The position numbers and the translations under genes were made by a program. A DNA stretch of 64,000 nt, taken from IMG/VR virus record IMGVR_UViG_3300021197_001949, positions 2,984-66,983 of that record. One strand, given 5' to 3'. The notes under the pieces were generated by a model, which was not told where the DNA came from, did no database searches, and saw only the letters and a list, made by a program, of their open reading frames with translations. Positions 18,010-30,400 of the stretch are shown here, one piece after another. Within the stretch, counting starts at the first letter, position 1. Each line of letters begins with the position of its first letter. The stretch is from a virus.

Positions 18010-21000
18010 ATGGCCACAACAGATAGACAGAACAGATTATTAGTAGCGGAAGATTGGAGGAAGATCTACCAGGCTTTCCAACAGGCCGACTTCAAATCAT
18101 ACGATTTCGAGACCTTGAGAAGGACCATGGTGGCCTATCTCAAGGAGAACTACCCGGATGACTTCAACGATTTCGTTGAAAGTTCTGAGTACGTGGCACT
18201 GATAGATCTCATAGCATACATCTCACAGGCACTTTCATTCAGGGTTGACCTGAACGCCAGGGAGAACTTCCTAGAGACAGCGGAGAGAAGGAATAGTGTT
18301 CTACGATTGGCGAGATTGATCAACTACAACGCCAAGAGGAATCAACCAGCCACAGGAATGTTGAAGATAGATTCAATATCCACCACACAGGACGTGCAGG
18401 ACAGCACAGGTACAAATCTAGCAAATCAAAATATTATTTGGAATGATTCAGCAAACTCAAACTACAGGGAGCAGTTCACTGCGATACTGAACGCGGCCAA
18501 CCAATCAGGACAACTGTTCGGCAATCCCAGGGAGTCAGGCACAATAGGTGGCATCAGCACAGAGGTCTACACCCTGAGCTCAAATCAGTTGGATCTACCC
18601 ATATTCAAATTCCAGAAGTCAGTGGGAGGCGTGTCTAGATCATTCGAGATAGTGCCCAGCACTATTAATGATTCTGATTCAATATACGAATCTTCACCAG
18701 TGCCCGGAACTGGGTTGACCTACACCTATAGGACCGATGGTTCTGGTGACAGTTCAAACAACACGGGATTCTTCTTCCTGTTCAAACAGGGCACTCTACA
18801 GCAGTCAGACTTCACAGTGGACACGTCAGTGACCAACTACGTCAAACCTTTGGATGCATCCAACATCAACAACACAGACGTGTGGTTGTACAAGTTAGAT
18901 CAGTTTGGACAGTTGTCAGAGTCATGGACCAAAGTTCCATCACTGTCGGGCAACAACGCAATTTATAACTCTCTGTCAAAGGCAGAGAGAAACACTTACA
19001 ACGTGGTGACCAAGAACAACGACGCGATCGACCTTGTGTTTGGAGACGGCAACTTCTCTAACATACCACTTGGAAGTTTCAGGACCTACTACAGGGTCAG
19101 CGACAACGCCAAGTATGCGATACAGTCATCGGACATACAGAACGTACAGTTGACCGTGCCATACACGGACGCCAACGGTGCACAGCAGAGTTTGACCATG
19201 AGCATAAGTTTGAAGGCCAGCGTTTACAATTCAGCGGCGACCGAATCAAATGATTCAATAAAAGAGAAAGCCGCACAGGTCTACTATTCACAGAACAGGA
19301 TGATCACAGCAGAGGACTACCAAGTGGTGCCTTTGAGTGCGTCACAGGAAATAGTGAAAGTGAGATCCGTAAACAGATCGGCATCAGGTATATCGAGGGC
19401 AAAAGAAATACTTGATCCAACCGGTGCATATTCTAACGTGAGTGTGTTCGCAGAGGACGGAATATTATACAGGGAAGAATCTCTACAGCAGTTCACATTC
19501 ACTTTCAACAACAGGAGTGACGTACAGTCAACAATAGACACATCTGTAGAAGCGAAACTTAAAGAAGCGTATGCTAGGCAGTTCTACTATCTGAAGTACG
19601 GAACTAAAGATGCCAGCACACTTTCCGCAACATGGAATTCAACTACAACATCTACGAATACCAACACAGGTTATTTCACTTCTGGTGGAGCGTTGGTGAT
19701 AGGTGATTTTGCAACTTCAAACATGAAGTTCGCTAAACCAGGTGCTTTGGTTAAATTCACATCACCGGACACAAGAAAGTTCTTGAACGGTACACTAGTA
19801 ACCTCTACTACGGACAACGCAGAAGACAGGGCATGGGCCAAGATAGGAGATGTTGTGCTTGATGGAGCCAACGGTGGAGTTGGCAATCTTGAATCAGGGG
19901 TAGGTCCTGTGACTCTGGCAGACATCATACCAAACGGGTCTGTGGTCAATGCCATAATCCCTAATTTTACAACTTCGTTTTCATCAACACTAGAAACAGA
20001 TTTGCAAGACAGGATAGAGGCTTACGAGGAATTTGGATTGAGATATGACGTCGATTCAGAAACATGGAAGGTGATAACATCAACAAATTTAAGCACTAGC
20101 ACAGTCTTTGATTTAGCCGGAGCGGGATCAACCACAGGCACAAACGCTGATGCTAGTTGGTGGTTCAAGTTCACAAATGACGGCAATACATATACGGTGC
20201 AGTACAGGAAATTAGATTACATATTCGAATCTGAATCACAGAACAAGTTCCATTATGACGTGGAAGAGAAAATTTACGATTACACAACAGGCAAGAGTGT
20301 CAAGGACACAGTCAAGATATTGAAGACCAATAGCATTGTTTCAACGGGCAATAGTGTTGGATATCCAATCACGTGGCAAGTGGTTGACGTAGTCACAGAA
20401 GCAGACGGTTTCCAGGATAACAGGAAAGTAAAGATTGGATTCTTTGATGCTGATGATGATGGAGTAGTAGACAACCCTGAAATATTTGACATTTACGTTG
20501 AGCCTACACTTTCGGAATCTACTAAATTTGTGTTCTTTGAAAAGTACACGTCCTATGACAACATCGAAAGATTCAGACCATACGCATCAACCAACTTTGT
20601 TGTTGCTGAAAAAGAAACTGATATCAATTTAAACACGTCCACTTATACCGACGGGCAACTATTTTATTTCTATGACAGTGCCGAGGACGTGATCAAGAAG
20701 TACAGTTCTACCACCAACACTTTAAGCACTACTACTGACTACACAGCAAGGAAAGGCAGAGGTTCTATTGATTTCCAGTACAAGCACCACGCAGGACAGG
20801 AAACCAGAATTGATCCTAGTGTATCAAACATCGTTGACGTATATCTGTTGGAGAGAACCTATGACAACCTGTTCAGAATCTGGTTGCAGGAAGGTGGATC
20901 GAAACCAACTGTGTCCACAGCAGACCAGTTGAGGATAAATTACTCAGGCACACTTAACCCATTGAAATCTTTATCTGATCAAATCATTTACCATCCAGTA

Positions 21001-21492
21001 AAATACAAAATTTTGTTTGGTTCAAATGCAGATGAACAACTACAGGCAACTTTCAAGGTTGTTAAAAATCCAAAGACCAATGTGTCAGATGCAGTGATCA
21101 AGACCAGAGTGATCGCCTCAATAAACGAATTCTTCGCACTAGACAACTGGGATTTTGGAGACACTTTTTACTTCACAGAATTGGCCGCTTACATACACAA
21201 TCAACTAGCACCAGACTTGTTGACAGCGGTTATTGTGCCCAACCAGTCAGGACAGGGTTTTGGGTCCTTGTTCCAACTTGACTCAGCGGCAGACGAAATT
21301 TTCATCAGTGGGGCCACCGTTGATGATGTGTCAATCATAACAGCACTGGGAGCCAACCAACTGGCGGCCTCCGGCACTGTGGTCACATCGACATCAACTG
21401 CCACGACGAACACCACGACAGGATCAGCAGTGTCAGGCTCTACTACAACAGGTTCCGGTTCAAGCACCGGCAGTAGTGGGTCAGGATACTAA
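18010..21492 (+). CDS. gp6: baseplate wedge subunit gp6-like
   Basis: ENFLETAERRNSVLRLARLINY, FGDGNF and SQNRMITAEDY motifs. Confidence 0.85.
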   Translation: MATTDRQNRLLVAEDWRKIYQAFQQADFKSYDFETLRRTMVAYLKENYPDDFNDFVESSEYVALIDLIAYISQALSFRVDLNARENFLETAERRNSVLRLARLINYNAKRNQPATGMLKIDSISTTQDVQDSTGTNLANQNIIWNDSANSNYREQFTAILNAANQSGQLFGNPRESGTIGGISTEVYTLSSNQLDLPIFKFQKSVGGVSRSFEIVPSTINDSDSIYESSPVPGTGLTYTYRTDGSGDSSNNTGFFFLFKQGTLQQSDFTVDTSVTNYVKPLDASNINNTDVWLYKLDQFGQLSESWTKVPSLSGNNAIYNSLSKAERNTYNVVTKNNDAIDLVFGDGNFSNIPLGSFRTYYRVSDNAKYAIQSSDIQNVQLTVPYTDANGAQQSLTMSISLKASVYNSAATESNDSIKEKAAQVYYSQNRMITAEDYQVVPLSASQEIVKVRSVNRSASGISRAKEILDPTGAYSNVSVFAEDGILYREESLQQFTFTFNNRSDVQSTIDTSVEAKLKEAYARQFYYLKYGTKDASTLSATWNSTTTSTNTNTGYFTSGGALVIGDFATSNMKFAKPGALVKFTSPDTRKFLNGTLVTSTTDNAEDRAWAKIGDVVLDGANGGVGNLESGVGPVTLADIIPNGSVVNAIIPNFTTSFSSTLETDLQDRIEAYEEFGLRYDVDSETWKVITSTNLSTSTVFDLAGAGSTTGTNADASWWFKFTNDGNTYTVQYRKLDYIFESESQNKFHYDVEEKIYDYTTGKSVKDTVKILKTNSIVSTGNSVGYPITWQVVDVVTEADGFQDNRKVKIGFFDADDDGVVDNPEIFDIYVEPTLSESTKFVFFEKYTSYDNIERFRPYASTNFVVAEKETDINLNTSTYTDGQLFYFYDSAEDVIKKYSSTTNTLSTTTDYTARKGRGSIDFQYKHHAGQETRIDPSVSNIVDVYLLERTYDNLFRIWLQEGGSKPTVSTADQLRINYSGTLNPLKSLSDQIIYHPVKYKILFGSNADEQLQATFKVVKNPKTNVSDAVIKTRVIASINEFFALDNWDFGDTFYFTELAAYIHNQLAPDLLTAVIVPNQSGQGFGSLFQLDSAADEIFISGATVDDVSIITALGANQLAASGTVVTSTSTATTNTTTGSAVSGSTTTGSGSSTGSSGSGY

Positions 21493-24400
21493 TGGCGGAC
21501 AATCCCACAAACGCATTAACAAATAACGAAGTTGTCAAACAGGGCACGAACGAGTACAGACGTACAGTACAGCACCTACCCGCTTTCTACAGGACGGACG
21601 CTAACCAGCGGTTCCTGGCCAGCACCATGGATCCGTTGGTACAGAAAGGTTCACTGGAGAGGCTGGATGGTTACATTGGTAGACAGGACGCATACACAAG
21701 GAGTGTCAGTGATAGATATATCACCGCAACAAGCAGGGACAGATTCGCATATCAGTTAGAACCTGCAGTCACATACACGGATAGAGACACAACGTCGGTG
21801 AATCCTGAAGATCAGGTCAAGTTCACAGGAACGTACGATGATTATATAAACCAGATAAAGTATCTGGGAGGCAAGGTCAACAACCACGACAGGCTCAACA
21901 AAGAGACCGTGTACAGTTGGAACCCAGCCATAGACTACGACAAATTAGTCAACTACAGAGAATACTACTGGATGCCGGATGGTCCTAGCTCTATTGAAAT
22001 TGATTCTGTTGGACCAAGTGTGGTAGCGGAATACAGTGTAAAAAACAACAGTCAATCAGCATACGAGTTCACACACAGGGAGAATGAGAACAATCCCATA
22101 CTGACACTATACAGAGGCAACACATACAAGTTCAGTGTGAATGCCAAAGGACACCCTTTCTGGATAATGACCGAACCCTACAAGAGCAAGGTTTCATTAG
22201 ACGGATCAACATCTACCATATTTGACACAGGTGTCACTAACAACGGTGCCGACGAAGGAACGGTCACATTCACCGTGCCCACGTCTGGTGCACCAGACAC
22301 TTTATACTACCAGTGTGGCAACCATGATGCCATGTACGGCATACTACAGATAAAAGATGCCACAAGCACCACAGCGATAAATGTCGAGGACGATATCATA
22401 GGGGTCAAGAATTACAGTATTAGAACTCTGGACCTATCAAACGGTATGAAGATAAAATTCACAAATTCCCTAGTGACAAGTTCTTATCAAGACAAGGAAT
22501 ACTACGTAGAGGGTGTTGGTGATGCCATAACATTAACCGATGTGGAGGATCTTATCACACCAGGCAGTTATGCCACTGAATCTACGCTACTGTATGATCA
22601 AGCAGGATACGATTCACGTCCATACGCCAAAGCGTTCTACACACCAGAAAACAAAGATTACATGACGATCAAGAGAGACTCACGTGATCAGAATGCCTGG
22701 TCAAGATACAACAGATGGTTCCATAAATCCGTCATAGAGGAAACTGCGAGGGTCGGTGGATTCACTCCCGTCCTTGATGAAGATGACAGAGCAAAGAGAC
22801 CGATCATAGAATTTGACTCTGGACTTGCATTATACAATCATGGCACTGTGGCCAAAAGATCCATCACACTGTATGACACAGTCACAACGGACGCATTCAG
22901 CACAGTGGTCAAACAGACAGGCTACATCATTGATGGACTGGCACTAGCAGACGGAATGAGAGTCATATTTGCGGCGGACACAGATCCAATAGTAAAGAAC
23001 AAGATATATGACGTCAACTTTGTGACAGCGGGAGATTCCACGCAAGTCATTAACTTGACCGAAGCGTCGGATGCCACACCCACCGCAAACGATTCAATTT
23101 TCATCGAATTTGGAACAAATAATCAAGGCAAATCTTTTTACTATGATTCAACAACAGAGACTTTCAAGGAAGCACAACAGAAAACAGGAGTAAATCAGCA
23201 ACCTCTGTTCGGTATGTGGGACAACAATCACATCTCGTTCGATGATGCCACAGCATATCCCAACTCAACCTTCGCAGGAGCAAAAGTGTTCGCTTTCGCA
23301 ACGTCGGACACGGCAACCAAGGACACAGTGTTGGGAATCAAAGTCAAGTACAACACAATCAACAATGTGGGCGACATAGTCTTTGAATCGGACCACACAT
23401 CGGGAACGTTCACTTACAAGGACGGTGCACAGACATTAACAAAAAATTTAGCAGAAGGCCATCTGCACTACACAACAGGAAGAGCAACACACAATTCACG
23501 TAGTGCCTGGATCAAAAGGACGACGGAAAACAAACAGCGTGTGATCAGGACTTTCATAGTCGACGCAACTGAGAAGCAGTTTTTCCCGATTGACTTCTAC
23601 AAGGATTCAGCGGAACTAACCGATCTTGAAGTATCAGTTTCTGTAAACGGTTCGCGTAAGACACTGACCACCGATTACACACTAGAAACAGGAACAAAAA
23701 ACAAATACGTAAAATTTAATACTGCCCTTGAAGTCGATGATCAGATCAGGATAGCAGGACACAGCAGTACTGACAAGATTGCTGAAAAGGGTATATACGA
23801 GATACCGGAAAATTTAGCGACAAACAGTCTCAACCAACAGTTAGGCACATTCACATTTGGACAGATACTGGCCCATGTCAGAGATATACTTGACAAGAAT
23901 CAAGATGTCACAGGGGCGATACCAGGAGTTTCGAATCTACGAGATAAACCAGATGCGAGATTGAAGGGCGGTAGCATACACCAACACGAAGGGCCATTGC
24001 TCCCAGCCATATTTGGGTTGGTGGATCAGAATTCCAACGTAACTTCATCGATAGATTATGTCAGCCAGGAATACGAGAAATGGTACAATGCTTTCTTGAC
24101 ACACGCCACAGGCACTGCTTACGAAGGCGTGGCCGCGGACAGAGTCGATGAAATTATAACAGCCATAACACCAGGAAGGAACAGCACGTTTCCATTCTTT
24201 TATGAGGACATGTTAGGGTGGGGAGAAAATGTTTCAACGAGATCGTACACAGTGATGGGATCATCTCAGACCGAGTATGCTCTCGACTCACAACACAACA
24301 TCACAACATTGAGCAATAGAGCAGTATACGTTTATCTCAATGACGTTCAGTTATTATTAGGAACAGATTACACTTTCAGCACAACAGACGATAGTGTCAA

Positions 24401-27400
24401 CATTAGCAAGGCATTGGCCGAAGGCGATAAGATCTTGATCAAAGATTACGCAGACACCACGGGCAGTTACATGCCACCGTCACCGACTAAACTGGGAATG
24501 TATCCCAAGTTCACACCGGAGACATTCACAGACACTACGTATCTCACAGACACAGCGGTTATCCGTAAGCACGACGGTTCCATAATCAAGGCGTATGGAG
24601 ATGAACGTGATGATTTAATATTAGAGTTGGAAAAAAGAATTTACAACAACATCAAGGTGACCTACGATGCCACTTTGGTAGACTTACACGATGTGTTGCC
24701 AAGTGCTTTCACATCAACGGAATACACGCTACAAGAAGTGGACGGGGTGATGGGACCTGATTTCTATCAGTGGGCAGGTCGCAACAATGTGCAGTACATC
24801 AACAACACAGCGTTCACAGAAGGATCACCATTTACGTACAACTATGCTAGATCAAAAGGCAGACTGATAAATGAAAACTTACCAGGATACTGGAGAGGCA
24901 TATACAAATATTTCTACGACACAGATGCTCCGCATGTCAGACCATGGGAGATGTTGGGTCATTCAGAGAAGCCTAGCACGTGGGACGCTACCTACGGAAC
25001 TGCTCCATACACATCAGGCAATGATGTCTTATGGAACGCGATAGCAACTGAGCCTGGCAGATACGGCAAGCCTTTGATCAGGAACTACCTACCTGTTGAT
25101 GCATCGGGTAACCTACTAGATCCATTGGCGGCGGGACTAGTTGACAATTTTGATATACCAGGAAGGCAGAATGCATGGAAGTTTGGCGATCAAGCACCAG
25201 CGGAGACGGCATGGAGGAGATCCAGTGCTTACCCATTCACGGTCATAAAGACATTGGTACTGACTAAACCGGCTAAGTTCTTCTCAAATTTATTTGATCC
25301 ATCCAGATTAACGACTAACGTTGCAGGCAACCAGATCAACACAGAGACTGGTATCAGGAACACACTGGCAACAGCGAAATATCATCTGGAAACAGAAACA
25401 AATACAGCAACAGGTGTAACGACAAGATACCAGACGGCAGGATATCAACCCTTTGTGATCAATTATTTGATATCAAGGAACCTAGACACTAAAACTTTTT
25501 ATTATGATAAAATGAAGAACTTATCTGTACAACTATCGTACAAGTTGGGCGGATTCACAGACAAAGCCAATATAAAGATCTTAACAGACAGCGTGTCTCC
25601 GGGATCTAAGTCAGGGTCAAAATTCATACCAGATGAAAACTACAAGATACTTTTCAGGACATCAAATCCTGTAGAGAGTTACCAATATTCTGGTGTGCTG
25701 ATCGAGTACAACACAGATATCAGCCAGGATGGATCTACATTACTGGGCGGATACAAGGTGTTGGGTTACAGCACTACCAAACCATATTTCAATTTCAACT
25801 ATCCGGTCAAGACCACGACGGCCACAGCGGTATCGATCGAGGGGTCGACAGTAGTCAGACAATACACTGCATACCAAGAAACCACGCAGACCATACCATA
25901 TGGTCACGTGTTTGACACCATACAGGACGTTACAGACTTCTTGTTTGGCTATGGACAATGGCTTGAATCACAAGGATTCCGATTCAACAAGTTCTCGAAC
26001 GAACTCAAAGAAACACTGAACTGGTCAAATGCTGTACGAGAATTTTTATTCTGGACCACACAGGAATGGGCTCCAGGATCAGCGATAACTGTTTCTCCGG
26101 CCGCTGATGGTTTCGAACTAGACACCAACAACAGCATTGTTGGGAAACTGAAGAACCTGGCAGGTGACTATTCACTACTAGACTCGGGAGGCAGGAAGAT
26201 AGACATCAGTGAGATATCAACCAAGCGAATTGGCAAGACTTTTGAACTGGGGATCAAGTCCGACACGGTTGGACTGTACAACATAGCACTGAACACCGTA
26301 CAGAAGGAACACGTACTGTTGTTCGACAACAGCACAGTGTTCGCTGACATCATTTATGATCCATTCACAGGATTCAGACAACAGAGACTGAAACTGGTGG
26401 GTTGGAAGACAGCAGGATGGAATGGAGACTACTACGCACCTGGCTTCGTATTTGACGCCGCACAGGTCACATACTGGACTGCCAACACAGACTACAGGAT
26501 CGGCGACAGCGTAGAGTACCAAGGCAAGTTCTACGTGGCAAAAACCAATCACAACTCGGGTGCCACTTTTGAAAAAACCAACTGGACACTCAAAGATGAG
26601 AAACCAGCACCACAGTTAATACCCAACTTCGAGTACAAGATAGCACAGTTCAACGACTTCTATGATTTAGAGACCAACAACTTCGACGAATCGCAACAGC
26701 AGTTGGCCCAGAGGCTCACAGGATACCAGTCTAGGGACTACCTGGAGAACCTTTTCGTCAATGACGTGTCGCAGTACAAGTTCTACCAAGGCTACATCAG
26801 GGAGAAGGGCACACAGAACGCCATAGACAAGATCTTGAAGGCCAAGTATGAGGGAGAGGACATCACGCTGGACCTGTATCCGGAATGGATGATTCGTACA
26901 GGTAACTTTGGTAACACAGATTCAATACAGAACATACAGATCACGTTGAAAGACGACGAGATCACGGCAAATCCACAGAGCATAGAGTTGTTGGACACAA
27001 CCAATGACACGGTAGAATATGCAAGATCAGATGCCATAGTCAAAGACAACTTCTACTACAAGCCAGTTGAGTACACGGCATCTACCACATTCCATAGATT
27101 GGACTACACCAAGGAAGGGGTCAGCAGGGACACAGCACAGGTCTTTAAGACCGCAGGGTATCCTCAACCACAACAGGTACAGCACACAGCGTTCAACATA
27201 GAAGAGATCCTCAACTTGGACATGAATGCTATATCAACCAATGATCTAATATGGGTTGCCAACAAAAGCAACAGGGATTGGGACGTTTTCAGGATCACGA
27301 GTGCAAGTATAAAGATAGCAGATCTACACTTGATAAACGATGCCTCACAGTTGGAGATCACGTTCACTGGCTCCCACAACCTGACGGCAGGGTCAACGAC

Positions 27401-30400
27401 CACACAGGCAGATTATTTTGCAATATCAAACAGCGAGGAAGCAACACTTAATGGTGTGTACCAGGTCAGTGCAACGCCGGACCACAAGACAGTGATCATA
27501 GATTATGACGGCAATGTGGGATTCATTCCCGCACTTGAGGACGGGTCAACGGCAGACAGTTACGGAAACATCTACAAGTTCGTGTCTGTGAGATTAGCGT
27601 CAATGGACAACGTCAACGACCTGATAGATTTTGAAAATTACACAGACAAGGATGACGCTATAGAACAGCCGGGAGACAAAGTGTTCGCAGATGCGGACAG
27701 TTCAGGATTGTGGCGTGTTTACGAGAAGCAAGATCCGTACACCACAGCGATAGTCTTATCGCCAGACGCCAGCACAGCAGAGCAGGAGTTTGGACACAGG
27801 ATCGTGGCACGTAATGACGGAAGGACGGTGATTGCGTCCGCACCAGGCAAAGGCCAAGGTGAGGTACACTTCCTGTTTAGATCTTCCACAGAAGCAGGAG
27901 CAACATTACAGACGCAGTCAACAGCCACCATGACAGACAACAACGACAACACCAGCAGGCTGGGAGAGTCTCTGTCGATCAGTACTGACGAGAACTTTGT
28001 GGTCGCAGGAGCACCATACACCAATGCAGTTGGCGCCGATGGAAGCACAAGATTTATTGATTCAGGGCTGGTCAAGGTCTACATATGGGATCAAAGCACA
28101 TTCAAGTATGGAATACTAGACACAGTGAGAGCACCTACAGATGGTTCCACGTTGAATGAGAATGCCAACTTTGGGTGGGCACATAAGGTTTCGGAACCTG
28201 GCGCTAGTTCTGTTAGATCAACCCCTGACAAATACATGTTCGTATCAGCACCAGGTCATGACAACGACAAGGGTCGGGTGTACATGTACACGTGGGGAAT
28301 TGGTGCAGACGGATCAACATACGACACTTGGACACAGGACTACACCATAGAAGCACCGGCGGGTGGGTCAGGACAGAGATTTGGACACAGGATACAGGCC
28401 AACGACAACGGTGATATTCTGGCAGTAAGTTCACTTGCACCAGGCAATGCAGGCAAGGTAGAGATATTCATCAAGACATCACAAAGCAATGATGGTAGCA
28501 CACAGAATTCATTCGCACTGGCACAGACCTTGACAGGTGTGGCGTCAGACGGGTCAAGCATAAACACAGCGTTTGGTGAATCCATAGCAATGAGCAAGGA
28601 TGGCACTACACTTATCATAGGTGCACCAGGTGTTGATGGCACTACACATCCAGATGCGGGGGCCATATACTACTACAAATGGAACGCAGACGATTCAACA
28701 AACACTTACACCTTACAACAGACCATAACTGCACCTGAATCAAGTACCAACATCAAGTTTGGTACAAGTTTAGATATTAATAATAATGGTACAAGGATTA
28801 TAATAGGTGCAGAAAAATTTGCGAGCTCTAGGGAGATGAAATTTGACGCAGGCGAGACGACCTTTGATCTACAGGATACTACTATAGTTGACAGCAACAC
28901 AGAATCCGGAGGTGCGTTCACGGCAACCATGTACAACACAAAATACATCGTGGATGACAGATTGATGACAGACAATGTCACAGCAGACGATGACTTTGGA
29001 AGAGGCGTTTGCATGATTGACAATTCCGTTTTCGTTGGAGCACCAAAAGACGACGGCAACACAACATCAGACGGAAGCACCAAGGTAGTAAACGATGGTA
29101 CTGTCGCGTGTTACGATCTCACAGTGAATGGTCAATATGCATGGAATAACCTAGTCACTGAAACGGCGTTGATGGACACTGATAAACTGGGCAAAGTTTT
29201 TGAATTCAATAAAAAAACAAAACAATTACAAGACTATTATGATTTGTATGATCCTATAAAAGGCAGAATACTTGGTTTAGCAGACAGGGAGATCGACATC
29301 AAGACTGCGTGGGATCCAGCGACCTACAACGTGGGGGACAAAGCCGACCTTAAAACACCATGGGCGGAGACACACGTAGGAGAGGTATGGTGGGATCTAT
29401 CAACGGTGAAATGGTTGTGGTACGAACAAGACACACAGGAATACAAGCAAAATCATTGGGGACAGACGTTCCCAGGTTCAAGCATAGATGTTTATGAATG
29501 GGTCGAGTCAAGGCTCCTACCGAGTGAATGGGACAACAGGGTCGAAGGAACAAGTTCAACGATATCAGGCACAGCATTATATGGTGATGACTCTCGATAC
29601 ACAGTGGTTCAGAAATATGATTCGAGATTAGACACATTTGTCAACTATTACTACTACTGGGTCAAAGACAAGACAACATTGCCAACAGGCCACCATACAA
29701 GGGGTGACAGGCACGCTCACCAACACAGGAAGAACACAGTGGCCTTTGTTGCCAACTTGATCACAAACCCGAAGGCGTTTGACACCAAATATTATTCTGT
29801 CACAGACACTAACAAATTATTATTGAATAATGTTACAAATTTAACCAATGACGATATAGTACTGAATGTAGATATAAGAACAAATACGTTCGAGGGAGAT
29901 TCACACAGCATATGGAAATTAGTCAAGGAAGGCGATGCTGACTACAGGCCAGGACTTCAGACAGAGACACGTTGGTGGGATTCGTTGATAGGTAAAAATT
30001 CTGCAGGTGACTTAGTTCCAGATGTGAACCTGCCGGTAAATGAGAGATACGGCAACAACATCAGACCAAGACAGAGTTGGTATGTTGACAGGTATGATGC
30101 CCTGAAAGAGATCATAGATTACGCAAACAGTGTCTTGAAGAACAATCAATTGGTGGGACAGGTCAATCTAACAAACTTGGATTCCCAAGATCCACAACCC
30201 ACAGCACAGAGTGGCGAATGGGACGCTTCGGTGGAAACATATGCTGATTTGACTTACATAAACACAGCAGATCTTTCAGGAACAGTGAATTACTTGGTCA
30301 CGGCAGACGAGACAGCCAACAACTACTGGGCGATATACACCTGGGATGGCACGGAATGGTCAAGGACCAAAATACAAACTTACAACACTTCTGCATACTG

